A stretch of DNA of 64,000 nucleotides from Paracoccaceae bacterium (GCA_019454225.1 CP075370.1:2721649-2785648), one strand, 5' to 3'. Numbered from the stretch's first letter, positions 38,446 through 47,998 are shown. Made by a program: numbers and translations. The notes: generated by a model not told the origin, from the sequence alone.

Positions 38446-39456
38446 TCACTTGCGGTTCGCCATGTAGGTCTCGAGGACAAAGCTTTCGGCATTGTCCTTG
38501 GTGATCACGGCAAAGCCGTTGTCGGAATAGGGAAACTGCATCGGGTTGAAACCCGACACCTTGTAGTCGTTGAACGGGTCGATCAGCTGGGGCCGGGCGC
38601 CGAGGAAGGTGTTCATGAAGCCCAGGAAGCCCTGCACACCCTGGTTGGGGTTCAGCGCCATGTGGATGTTGCCGGCCTTGATCTCTTCCAGCGTCGTCGG
38701 GGTGATGTCGGCATGGATGATCATCAACGTGTCTCCCGCTGCCTTGACGGCTGCAACGGCCCCTTCCGCGGAACCCGCCTCGGGTATCCACAGCGCGGCA
38801 AGGTCGGGGTTCGCCTGCAGCATGGCGGAAACGGCCGTGAAGGCCGCGTTCGGATCCTGGTTGGTGGCCTGACGGCCGACCAGCTTCATGTTGGGGTAGT
38901 TCTTTTCCATGTAGGCTATCAGCGCGGTCACCCGCAGGTCGTGGTTCGACTGGCCGGGATTTTCCAGCACGGCATATTCGGCGCTGTCGCCGACGGTGCT
39001 GACGATCTGCTCGGCGGCAAAGGCCGCCTCGGCCAGGTTGTCCGAGGTGACATAGCCTGTGCGCTTCGACTTGGGTGAATCGGCGGCGAAGGTGGTGACG
39101 GACACACCGGCGTCGATGGCCCGGTTGATCGGGTCGATGAACGGATCGGCCTGCATCGGGTGCAACAGGATCCCCGCCGGGTTCTTCACCAGATCCTGCT
39201 CGAAGGATGCGATCTGCTTGGTGATGTCGTAGTCGGGCGTTCCGGAAAAGACCGCCTCGCAACCAAGCGCGGCGGCCGCCTGCTTGAACCCCTCGAACAC
39301 GGGGACCCAGTAGGGATGCCCCATCACCATGACGTTCATGACATAGGTTTCCCCGGGCTCGCAGGCGAGACCGCCTTCGGCCCGTGCCGCCGGTGATGCG
39401 CCCAGCAGGGCAACGGCCGAAACCCCGCACAGAATCAGTGACCTGACGTAGCTCAT
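38446..39456 (-). CDS. Sugar ABC transporter substrate-binding protein (PBP type 1)
   Basis: Signal peptide MSYVRSLILCGVSAVALLGASPAARA. GGGAGGAAG RBS. First gene of the operon. Confidence 0.85.
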   Translation of the reverse strand: MSYVRSLILCGVSAVALLGASPAARAEGGLACEPGETYVMNVMVMGHPYWVPVFEGFKQAAAALGCEAVFSGTPDYDITKQIASFEQDLVKNPAGILLHPMQADPFIDPINRAIDAGVSVTTFAADSPKSKRTGYVTSDNLAEAAFAAEQIVSTVGDSAEYAVLENPGQSNHDLRVTALIAYMEKNYPNMKLVGRQATNQDPNAAFTAVSAMLQANPDLAALWIPEAGSAEGAVAAVKAAGDTLMIIHADITPTTLEEIKAGNIHMALNPNQGVQGFLGFMNTFLGARPQLIDPFNDYKVSGFNPMQFPYSDNGFAVITKDNAESFVLETYMANRK

Positions 39457-39739
39457 ATCTTCCTCCCTTCACCTCGGCGCCTCGCGCCATTCTTGCAAGT
39501 TTTTTCGCATGCCGAAAGACATTGCGGAGCCAGCGGTATCGGTCAGCCGCGCGGGGCGTCAACTGTGATCTGGATTTATTCCGTACGATGAAATTTATTT
39601 CGCTCCGTCCTTGCACCGGCACGGCACGATGTGCCCCTGCAGGCCCCGGCGACGGAAGGCCTGGGTCCGCCCCGGCGGCTGTGCCCCGCGCCCGCGAGGT
39701 CGCCCCCGGGGTCCGAAGGCTTGGCCGGGCAAAGCGGGT

Positions 39740-40810
39740 TCAGAGCGCGACGATGTGATTGTCCCAGGCACATGCGGCCAGGCCGATCGCACGGTTTCCG
39801 CCTGCCCCCATCACGAGCAGGCCGCCAAGGCCGTCACTTGCAAGATAGCCGTCGCGATGCGCGGCAAGGCCGCAGACGTCGGCACGCGAAACGGCCCCCA
39901 GAAACGCGCCTTCGGCGGAGAAGCGATGCACCCTGCCGCCGCGCGGTGAACTGATCGCGACCTCGGTCCCGTCACCGGCAAAGGCGACGCTTCCGGAATA
40001 GCCCTGCATGGCCACCTCTGCCAAGGGGGGCGCCGCAGCCAGAACCGGTGTCGCGCCGCGCCGGTGCAGGCCCAGCAACGGCGGCGCGTCGGCAGCGCTG
40101 CCCTCCCACTGCATCGCGAAAGCCACAAGCCCGTCACGCCGGACCGCCAGGTGGCGGATCGAGTTTCTCTGGTATTCGGGGGCCAGCGTCACCTGTTCCA
40201 GCAGCGCACCTTCGACCGACAGGTAGGCCAGATTCGGCTGCATCGTCGGGATGTTGAGCTTGCTGCGGTCTGTCGGATCGGTAGCGATTCCTCCGTTCGC
40301 AACCACCAGCGTGCTGCCATCCGGCAGCAGCCGCAGGTCATGTGGACCGATCCCGCCGGACGGCACTTCGGCGATGCGGGCATAGTCCGCGTCCGCATTC
40401 CAGATGCCGATCACGCCATCGCTGGAAGCGCTGGACTGCTCGCTGGTGAACAGCAACGCGCCCCCGGCGGCGAATACCCCGTGACCGTTGAACTGGCGCC
40501 CCTCGGGGGGGCTCAGGCGCCGGCGCACGGCGCCACCGGCGCAATCGACAACCAGCGCGAAGGCGCCCGGCCTGCGCGCAAAGGCGACCGCCTCGGCCCG
40601 CCGGGGATGGCCCGCCCCGGCATGGCCGCGCGCGGGCAGCGGCACGCGAAAGGTCAAACCCCCGGCATCATCAAGGCCGAAGAGCGCGAAACTGCCATCG
40701 GGTTCCCGCGCCGCGGCCAGATAGGACGGGCTGCCCGCAGCAGCCCAGCCAAACTGCGGCGCCGCCCCGGCTGCGAGCAATGCGGCAAGAAATCCGCGTC
40801 TTGTCGCCAT
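39740..40810 (-). CDS. DUF1513 domain protein (beta-propeller-like), Tat signal
   Basis: MATRRGFLAALLAAGAAPQFGWA, then GHGVF...GIGPHDL...VANGGI blocks typical of DUF1513. Start ATG 40810. Confidence 0.75.
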   Translation of the reverse strand: MATRRGFLAALLAAGAAPQFGWAAAGSPSYLAAAREPDGSFALFGLDDAGGLTFRVPLPARGHAGAGHPRRAEAVAFARRPGAFALVVDCAGGAVRRRLSPPEGRQFNGHGVFAAGGALLFTSEQSSASSDGVIGIWNADADYARIAEVPSGGIGPHDLRLLPDGSTLVVANGGIATDPTDRSKLNIPTMQPNLAYLSVEGALLEQVTLAPEYQRNSIRHLAVRRDGLVAFAMQWEGSAADAPPLLGLHRRGATPVLAAAPPLAEVAMQGYSGSVAFAGDGTEVAISSPRGGRVHRFSAEGAFLGAVSRADVCGLAAHRDGYLASDGLGGLLVMGAGGNRAIGLAACAWDNHIVAL

Positions 40811-40814
40811 GGCA

Positions 40815-41798
40815 TCAATCCCCGTCCTGCGCGTTGAAACCGCCCGCAATTCCCAGCCGCGCGCCGATCTCCTCCGCGACGGCGGCGCGCATCGCGCGAA
40901 CCGCCTGCTGCAACGCCTCGACACGCAAGCGGGCCTGCGGGCTGTCCATGTCCTGAAAGCCAGGATCGGCAATCGCCGCCGCCAAGGCATGAACCCGCCG
41001 CGCTGCGGCGTCCGTGGCGGGCAGGTCGCGGCCGGCAAGACCGCGTGCCAGCGCCTGAGCGGCTTCGACCGCCAGCACCACATTCCGCAGGCTGCGCCCG
41101 GCCCGCCAGGCCTCGGCCAGCCGGGGACGCGGGCGCTCGAAAGTGCCCATCGGGCGGCCAAGACGCTGTTCCGCAGTGAATTCAAGACTCGACAGCACCT
41201 GGGTGTAGATTGCGCGGACGGCCTCGTCCCGCGTCAGGAACAGGGGGTTTCCCGGCTGCCCCGCCGAGGACAGCATCGGCGCGAACTCCTCGGTCCACGC
41301 GGCATCAAGTGCCGCCGCCTGCTGCGCGAGATCCGTGGCAATGGCCCGGACCAGGGCGCACCCGTAGCTTTCCAGATCGAATCCCGCGAAAGCGGGATCA
41401 TGCAGCAGCATGTCCAGCGCGAGGAGCCCGCGCCCGGCAATCGAGACCTCGGCATAGGCCGCCGGATCGAGCACCGCCGGGTCCTCTGCCGTGACGAGGC
41501 GCGACAGGGTACGCTGGGTGAAACCCCGGTCATCCGGCCAGAAGGCGACGGAAAGCGCCCCCGCCTCGGATGGCCCGATCCGCAGGTCGGCGACAGCCAT
41601 CCAGGCGTCAAACGCAAGATGGAACGCCGGCCGCAGGGCGACGGCCCGGCAATCGTCCCGGGCCTCTGCCGCCAACACCGCCGCCGCCCCTGCAAACGAG
41701 CGGAAACCAGGCAGGATGAAACCGTCCATCGCCGCGTCGACATCCGCACCTGCGGGGGTCGACAGCAGGATCGCGGCGAACAAGGCCGACCAACGCAT
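40815..41798 (-). CDS. Imelysin-like protein (second, degenerate copy)
   Basis: Signal peptide MRWSALFAAILLSTPAGA. All-helical imelysin-like sequence in which I find no HxxE motif. TGATG coupling at 41798. Confidence 0.65.
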   Translation of the reverse strand: MRWSALFAAILLSTPAGADVDAAMDGFILPGFRSFAGAAAVLAAEARDDCRAVALRPAFHLAFDAWMAVADLRIGPSEAGALSVAFWPDDRGFTQRTLSRLVTAEDPAVLDPAAYAEVSIAGRGLLALDMLLHDPAFAGFDLESYGCALVRAIATDLAQQAAALDAAWTEEFAPMLSSAGQPGNPLFLTRDEAVRAIYTQVLSSLEFTAEQRLGRPMGTFERPRPRLAEAWRAGRSLRNVVLAVEAAQALARGLAGRDLPATDAAARRVHALAAAIADPGFQDMDSPQARLRVEALQQAVRAMRAAVAEEIGARLGIAGGFNAQDGD

Positions 41799-43348
41799 CA
41801 CAGGCTCTCCAGAAACCGGATCAAGGCATCTCGTCCGGCGCGCGGCATCGCCGCAAAGCGGTCGCGGGCGGCCTGCGCCTCGCCGCCATGCCAGAGGATC
41901 GCCTCCATCAGGCTGCGCGCCCGGCCGTCGTGCAGATAGGTGGCGTGACCGCTGACCTGCCGTGTCAGGCCGATGCCCCACAGCGGCGCAGTACGCCATT
42001 CCGTGCCGGTGGCCCGCCCCTCGGGGCGGTGATCGGCCAACCCCTCGCCCATGTCGTGCAGCAGAAGATCGGTGTAGGGCCAAATCAGCTGAAAGCTCTG
42101 TTCAGGCTGGTCGGCAAGCCTGTGGGTCACGAATTTCGGCCGGTGGCACGCGGCGCAGCCAGCTTCGTGGAACATCTGCTTGCCGCGCAGGACCTCTGCA
42201 TCGCCCGGATCGCGATGGGCCGGCACCGCCAGGTTCCGGCTGTAGAACGTGACCAGGTCGAGCCCCTGTGCATCAACCTCGAATCCACCCTGCGCGGCGT
42301 CGGCACCATGGATCGCATCGCGGCAGGCGGCCTGCGCCGCCGTGCAATCGCCCCAGGGGTCCGGGAACAGGGGGGTCGAGATGCCGATATCGCCTGCGAA
42401 GGCCGCCGCCGACTGTTCGCGCACGGTGGGCGACCCCGCCTTCAGGCCGAACCGGCCGAGCATCGGCAGGGCATGTTCCACCGACCATACGATGTTTGGC
42501 CGCCCGGAAACGCCGTCGCCATCGCTGTCATCGGGGTCTGCAAGGGCAAGTATGTCGGCGGCCGGGATCGCCTCCAGCAAGCCCAGCCCGATCATCTGCG
42601 GCGCGACGCGCGGGCTCAGCATCGCGTCGGGGTGCAGCGGGCCATACCCGAGGTCGGCGGCGCGATAGCTGGGGCGCCGCAGCATGACCGTTTCACCATC
42701 CGACAGCGCGACGGCGACATCCTCGTAGGTGATGTCCAGCCGGTATTCTGCGGGCTGTCCGGGCGTGCCGAAGTCCTGCAACTGGCCACCGTAGGTCGGA
42801 TCCGGCAGGGTGGCGATGTAGTCGCCGATTTCTGCCATGGCCGCCTCGACATCGGTCGGGGCACCCGGGATCGAGACCCGCAGGAACATCGACACCGCGG
42901 TATCGCCCGGCCCCTCGGGCGGGTGCCCGCGGCCATCCTTGATGTGGCAGTTCTGGCAACCTCTTGCGTTGTAGAGCGGCCCGAGCCCGTCGGACGCCTG
43001 CGTCGAGGAAGGTGCCGAAACCCAGATCTTGCGGAAGAGACCGTTCCCCACCTTGAAATCGAGTTCCCGCCCGAAGCCGATATTGCCCGAGGGCTGCGAA
43101 AACGCATCCGCGTTGGTCCGGGCTCGCACCGTTGCCGCGCCGGCGGGCAGATCCTCGAAGGGTTCGGGAGCCGCGAAACCGGTTGGCAGGGCTACCGCTG
43201 CGGCAACACGGGCGGTCTCGGCCGCCGTGCGCGGGATCACCCGCAGATGCGGGTCGCCCAGGTCCTGCGCGCAGGCGCCGCCCGCGACCAGCAGGAGCAT
43301 GGGCGAAAGCCAGACAGACCTGAACCATCGGCGCATCGCGTTCGTCAT
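41798..43348 (-). CDS. Di-haem cytochrome c oxidoreductase (DUF1111 / thiol-oxidoreductase-like)
   Basis: Two CxxCH motifs (CQNCH and CAACH) and a signal-like N-terminus. The start is ATG 43348 or 43336. Confidence 0.8.
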   Translation of the reverse strand: MTNAMRRWFRSVWLSPMLLLVAGGACAQDLGDPHLRVIPRTAAETARVAAAVALPTGFAAPEPFEDLPAGAATVRARTNADAFSQPSGNIGFGRELDFKVGNGLFRKIWVSAPSSTQASDGLGPLYNARGCQNCHIKDGRGHPPEGPGDTAVSMFLRVSIPGAPTDVEAAMAEIGDYIATLPDPTYGGQLQDFGTPGQPAEYRLDITYEDVAVALSDGETVMLRRPSYRAADLGYGPLHPDAMLSPRVAPQMIGLGLLEAIPAADILALADPDDSDGDGVSGRPNIVWSVEHALPMLGRFGLKAGSPTVREQSAAAFAGDIGISTPLFPDPWGDCTAAQAACRDAIHGADAAQGGFEVDAQGLDLVTFYSRNLAVPAHRDPGDAEVLRGKQMFHEAGCAACHRPKFVTHRLADQPEQSFQLIWPYTDLLLHDMGEGLADHRPEGRATGTEWRTAPLWGIGLTRQVSGHATYLHDGRARSLMEAILWHGGEAQAARDRFAAMPRAGRDALIRFLESL

Positions 43349-43422
43349 CCTCAAGGCCGGCGCCGTCACGCCTCTGCCGCCCGCGTGGGGGCACGGGGCC
43401 ACGGTCATGGCGCCGACCTGCC

Positions 43423-44697
43423 CTACTGGAACACCGCCGACGGGTTGTCGAGGCTGTCAGAGCCTTCAAAGGCCACGCCATCGAGCCCCAGCGCCGTCAC
43501 CATCCGCTCGATCGTCCGGGTCTGGGCGATCAGGCCGTTCACGCCCGCCATGATCAGCGCCTCGCCTTCGGCATTTCCCTGCGCCAGCATCATGTCATAG
43601 GCAAATCCGCCCTCCGCCGCCGTCCTGATCGCACCGAGCGCCGCCATCGTCGCGTCAAGCCTTTCGCGCATCTCTGCATCGACCGCCGGACTCACCTCGG
43701 CCACCAGGGAAGAAAGCGACGGGCCCTCGATCACCGAACCGTCGGGGCGGAGGTAGCGCCCCAGATAGACATTCCGCACGCCGAGGCCGTCATAGTAATG
43801 GCTGTTGTGGGTGTTGTCGGAGAAGCAGTCGTGTTCCTCCTCCGGGTCGTTCAGCATCAGGCCAAGCCGCATCCGCTCACCTGCCTGCTCGCCATAGGAT
43901 AGGCTACCCATGCCGGTCAGCATCGCGACCAGCCCGGCGTCCGGATCGGCCGTCACGGCCGCCCGGGCCTCGCCGCCCGGTGCCCAGGCACTCGCCATCT
44001 CCTCCAGATCGCTGACCAGCAGATCGGTCGCCGCGCGCAGGTAATCGGCACGGCGATCGCAGTTGCCGCCGGTGCATCCCGCGCCACGGACATAGTCGGT
44101 GTGCGGCCGCATGCCCGCACCGGGGCCTGTTCCGTTCAGGTCCTGGCCCCAGAGCAGGAACTCGATGGCATGGTATCCGCGCGCCACATTCGTCTCGATC
44201 CCGTCCGCCTCGTTCAGAGTGTCGGCGATCAGCGCGGGCGTGATGGCGGTCGCATCGATCTCGGTGCCGGCAATGGTGATCCTGGGGTTCGCGATCACGT
44301 TCAGCGCGGCGAGGGCGTTGGCATCGGTCGGACCGCCGTAGGCCGCATCCACATAGTCGATCAACCCCTCGTCCAGGGGCCAGGCGTTCACCTTGCCTTC
44401 CCAGTCATCGACGATGGCATTGCCAAAACGATAGACCTCGGTCTGCTGATAGGGGACACGAGCGGCCAGCCAGGCCTCGCGCGCCGCTGCCAGTGTGGCG
44501 TCCGACGGGGTGGCGACAAGGGCATCCACCGCTGCCTGCAACGCCTTTGCGGTGGACAGGCTGTCGGCGTACTTGGCAGCGGCGATATCGGCATAGGTGT
44601 CGAGAACCGCCGCACGATCCGTCTGGGCCTGCACCGCCCCGGCCATACCGACGGTCAGCACGGCCAGCCGCAGGCCTGTGGAAAGGATGGTCATCAT
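43423..44697 (-). CDS. Imelysin family protein (peptidase M75-like, IrpA-type)
   Basis: Signal peptide MMTILSTGLRLAVLTVGMAGAVQA. The conserved GYHAIEFLLWGQD (HxxE) block is present. Start ATG 44697. Confidence 0.8.
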   Translation of the reverse strand: MMTILSTGLRLAVLTVGMAGAVQAQTDRAAVLDTYADIAAAKYADSLSTAKALQAAVDALVATPSDATLAAAREAWLAARVPYQQTEVYRFGNAIVDDWEGKVNAWPLDEGLIDYVDAAYGGPTDANALAALNVIANPRITIAGTEIDATAITPALIADTLNEADGIETNVARGYHAIEFLLWGQDLNGTGPGAGMRPHTDYVRGAGCTGGNCDRRADYLRAATDLLVSDLEEMASAWAPGGEARAAVTADPDAGLVAMLTGMGSLSYGEQAGERMRLGLMLNDPEEEHDCFSDNTHNSHYYDGLGVRNVYLGRYLRPDGSVIEGPSLSSLVAEVSPAVDAEMRERLDATMAALGAIRTAAEGGFAYDMMLAQGNAEGEALIMAGVNGLIAQTRTIERMVTALGLDGVAFEGSDSLDNPSAVFQ

Positions 44698-45031
44698 GTC
44701 ACTGTCCTTGTTCGTCGGCGGGCCTGAAACCGGATGTCCCGCATTCGCCGCACCGTCCAATCGGGTGCTGCGCCGGGTCATCGGTCTTTGTCATCGCCTG
44801 GCTCCTCGCCCGATGTCATTCTTCCCGCGACATGCGGAACGGGGAACCTCGGGCATGCACGAAAACTGAGTGAATGAGTCGGACAAGTCAATCCGAGTCG
44901 TTTAGTCGGAAATCCTGGCGGGGCCTTGACCGGTCGCTCGATGGCACCGGCGCGCACGTACCCGGGGCCGGACCCGGCCGCTTCCAGGCGGCAGGGCAGC
45001 GGCCAGGCGTGGCCGCGCGGGCAGCGTCGTA

Positions 45032-46564
45032 TCAGACAGGGGCGTCGAAGGAACCGGCAAACCGGTCCCGCAGCAGGTTCTTCTGCACCTTGCCCATGGT
45101 GTTGCGGGGCAGTTCCGGCACGAAGAATACCGCCTTGGGTTGCTTGAACCGGGCCAAGGTGCCGCGCAGGGGGTGCAGGATGGCATCTTCCGTCAACCCG
45201 GCACCCGGTGCGGGCACCACCACGGCCACCACCGCCTCGCCGAAGTCAGGATGCGCAAGCCCGATGACGGCGCTTTCCGTGACGCCGGGGATGGCGTCGA
45301 TCAGGGCTTCGACCTCTTTCGGATAGATGTTGTAACCACCTGAAATAACAAGATCCTTGGACCTTCCAACGATGGACAGATAGCCTTGCGCGTCGATCAT
45401 GCCCAGATCGCCTGTGATGAAGAACCCGTTGTCGCGCAACTCTTCCCGGGTCTTCTCGGGCATCCGCCAGTAGCCCTTGAACACATTCGGGCCCCGCACC
45501 TCGATGGCGCCGACCTCACCCTGCGGCAGTTCCGCGCCGCTGGCGGGGTCGGTGATGCGCAGTTCCACCCCGGGCAGGGGAAAGCCTACCGTTCCGGCGA
45601 TGCGCGGGCCGTCATAGGGGTTGGAGGTGTTCATGTTCGTCTCGGTCATGCCGTAGCGTTCCAGGATCGCATGGCCTGTCACCGCGCCCCACCGGGCATG
45701 GGTCTCGGCCAGAAGCGGGGCGGATCCCGAGACGAAAAGCCGCATGTGGGCCACGGCTTGCCGCGTCAGTCCCGGATGGTCCAGCAGGCGCACATAGAAG
45801 GTCGGCACGCCCATGAGCACCGTCGCCCGCGGCAGGGCCGCAACGATGGCGTCGGCATCGAAGCCGGGCAGGAAGATCAGCGAGGCACCCGAGACCAGCG
45901 CCACGTTGGTCGCCACGAAAAGCCCATGGGTGTGAAAGATGGGCAGGGCGTGGATCAGCACGTCGTCGGCGGTGAAGCGCCAGATCTCTGCCAGCGCTGC
46001 CGCATTCGAGGACAGATTGGCATGGCTGAGCATCGCGCCCTTGGAACGTCCGGTGGTGCCGCTGGTGTAAAGCATCGCCGCCAGATCGTCGGGGCCGCGC
46101 GGGACGGGCACAAAGCCCGCAGCCTGTCGCGCGGCCGCGTCGGTCAGCGAACCGGCCCCATCGGGGCCCAGGGTGAACACCGCGCTTGCGCCGTGCTTCC
46201 GGGCGATGTCGGCGAGCACCGCTTCGGTCGCGGGGTCGCAGACCAGGACGGCCGGTTCGGCATCGCCCAGGAAGTACGCCACTTCCGCCGCCGTGTAGGC
46301 CGTGTTCAGAGGCAGGAACACGCCCCCGGCCATGACGGTCCCGAGATACAGCGCCAGCGCGGCGGCGGTCTTGGGTATCTGCGCGGCAACCCTGTCGCCC
46401 GGCGCGACCCCGGCGGCAACCAGCGCGGCGGCCATCCGCTCGGCCTGACCGAACAGATCGCCAAAGGTCAGGTCCGATCCATCAGGCAGTCTGGCGAACA
46501 CGGCAGACTCGCGCCCGACCGACGCGGCACGCAGGTGGTCGATCAGGTGATTTCCGTCATGCAT
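45032..46564 (-). CDS. matB: Malonyl-CoA synthetase (AMP-binding)
   Basis: MLYTSGTTGRSKGAMLSH AMP motif, and it sits directly downstream of the malonyl-CoA decarboxylase gene. I favour ATG 46564 (GGGAGA 6 nt upstream); 46570 and GTG 46582 are alternatives. Confidence 0.85.
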   Translation of the reverse strand: MHDGNHLIDHLRAASVGRESAVFARLPDGSDLTFGDLFGQAERMAAALVAAGVAPGDRVAAQIPKTAAALALYLGTVMAGGVFLPLNTAYTAAEVAYFLGDAEPAVLVCDPATEAVLADIARKHGASAVFTLGPDGAGSLTDAAARQAAGFVPVPRGPDDLAAMLYTSGTTGRSKGAMLSHANLSSNAAALAEIWRFTADDVLIHALPIFHTHGLFVATNVALVSGASLIFLPGFDADAIVAALPRATVLMGVPTFYVRLLDHPGLTRQAVAHMRLFVSGSAPLLAETHARWGAVTGHAILERYGMTETNMNTSNPYDGPRIAGTVGFPLPGVELRITDPASGAELPQGEVGAIEVRGPNVFKGYWRMPEKTREELRDNGFFITGDLGMIDAQGYLSIVGRSKDLVISGGYNIYPKEVEALIDAIPGVTESAVIGLAHPDFGEAVVAVVVPAPGAGLTEDAILHPLRGTLARFKQPKAVFFVPELPRNTMGKVQKNLLRDRFAGSFDAPV

Positions 46565-46578
46565 GGCCATTCTCCCGT

Positions 46579-47895
46579 TCACCGCTGCCGCACCAGCCTT
46601 CGCAACGGCGGCGAGGCCGCGATCACCCCACGATTGGCAAAGGCTTCGTGGTTCTTCTCGATCGTGGCAAGATCGTAAAGGTAGTTCACCATGATGCCCC
46701 AGGATTCATCCCTCGCCCGCGCGCCCGGATCGGCCGAAAGATTGATGCGCTCCAGCCGCGCGCCATTGCCAAGGTGGAACCTTGCAACCGGATCGGCGGG
46801 CATCCCGGCCGCGTTGCGGCCCTGCAGGAGATAGCGCGCGGCAATGGATGCGGCATGGTCAGGCGGCGGCATGCCGCCATGGTCCGCGCCACCATCGGCC
46901 AAGGCACCATCGGTCAGGGCCGCGCGTTCGTCCACGCTCAGCACACCCTCCTCGCCCCGCGTCATTTCTGCGGCCACCCAGCGGCGCAGGCCCGGCACCG
47001 GCGACAGCGTGACGAAGGTCCGCAGCCCCGGAAACCCCTGCCGCAGTTCCTCGACCACCTGCTTGATCAGGAAATTGCCGAAGGAGATGCCGCGAAGGCC
47101 CGCCTGGCAGTTCGAGATCGAGTAGAATGCCGCCACGGTTGCCGCTGCCGGGTCGATGGCACGGCGATCCTCCGACAGGATGGGCCCGATCGCGGCGGGA
47201 ATTGCCGTTTCCAGTGCAACCTCGACGAAGATCAGCGGCTCGTCCCGCATCGCCGGATGGAAGAACGCATAAAGCAGACGGTCCGGGGCCGCCACGCGGC
47301 GGCGCAGATCGTCCCAGCCAGTGATCGTGTGCACGGCCTCATAGGCGATGACCTTTTCGAGGATCGCCGCCGGGGTGGTCCAGTCGATGCGTCGCAGTTC
47401 CAGGAAACCCCGGTTGAACCAGGATCCCAGAAGATGCCGGAAATCCGCGTCCAGCGTCCCGAGCGCCGGATCAAGACGCATGGCCTGCAACAGGTCGCTG
47501 CGCATCGCCACCAGATCGCGCGTTCCGTTCGGCGCACGGTTCAGCCGACGGATCAGTTCCTGGCTGCGCGGTTCCCCGGCGAAATGGATCGCGCGGGCGG
47601 TGATGTCGTCATCGGCCTGCCGATAGGCATCGAGGGCGCGGTCAAGCGCCGCGCGATCGACGCCGAACCTGCCTTGAACCTCGGTCAGGAAGGCACGCTT
47701 GCCGTTCGGATCAAGCTGCGCGAAACGGTCAAGGATGTCTCGCGCAAGCGCAAGCCCGGTCGCCTCGCCCTGCCCCGCCAGCAAGGCGGCGCAGCGGTCG
47801 GCCAGGGTATCGCCGGGTCCGTCGGTGAGCGACATGGCGCGACCGATCTCGGCCACCTTGCCCAGAAGATCGCTGAACAGCGCGGCGGCCTTCAT
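46579..47895 (-). CDS. matA: Malonyl-CoA decarboxylase
   Basis: FYSISNCQAGLRGISFGNFLIKQVVEEL is the hallmark MCD block. Start ATG 47895, preceded by GGAGGGAGAAAG. Confidence 0.88.
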   Translation of the reverse strand: MKAAALFSDLLGKVAEIGRAMSLTDGPGDTLADRCAALLAGQGEATGLALARDILDRFAQLDPNGKRAFLTEVQGRFGVDRAALDRALDAYRQADDDITARAIHFAGEPRSQELIRRLNRAPNGTRDLVAMRSDLLQAMRLDPALGTLDADFRHLLGSWFNRGFLELRRIDWTTPAAILEKVIAYEAVHTITGWDDLRRRVAAPDRLLYAFFHPAMRDEPLIFVEVALETAIPAAIGPILSEDRRAIDPAAATVAAFYSISNCQAGLRGISFGNFLIKQVVEELRQGFPGLRTFVTLSPVPGLRRWVAAEMTRGEEGVLSVDERAALTDGALADGGADHGGMPPPDHAASIAARYLLQGRNAAGMPADPVARFHLGNGARLERINLSADPGARARDESWGIMVNYLYDLATIEKNHEAFANRGVIAASPPLRRLVRQR

Positions 47896-47988
47896 CGCTT
47901 GCTTTCTCCCTCCGGTCCGGACCCCGGCAGACATGCGGTCGGTCCCCAGCCGGATTCCTATTCAGAACTGGATGCAAAAACAATATCC

Positions 47989-47998
47989 ATGTATACAT
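47989..47998. promoter_or_regulatory. Perfect palindrome ATGTATACAT, candidate GntR (MatR-like) operator
   Basis: It lies in the 215-bp divergent region between matA (47895) and the GntR gene (48111). This is an AT-rich palindrome in a GC-rich genome. Confidence 0.5.

Noticed and set aside
39503-39517. TTTCG-catgc-CGAAA, and duplicated ATTTATT words further upstream of the sugar operon, as SorC operators
   Set aside because: The arms are only 5 bp and I know no SorC consensus to compare against. It is plausible, but unsupported without comparative data.
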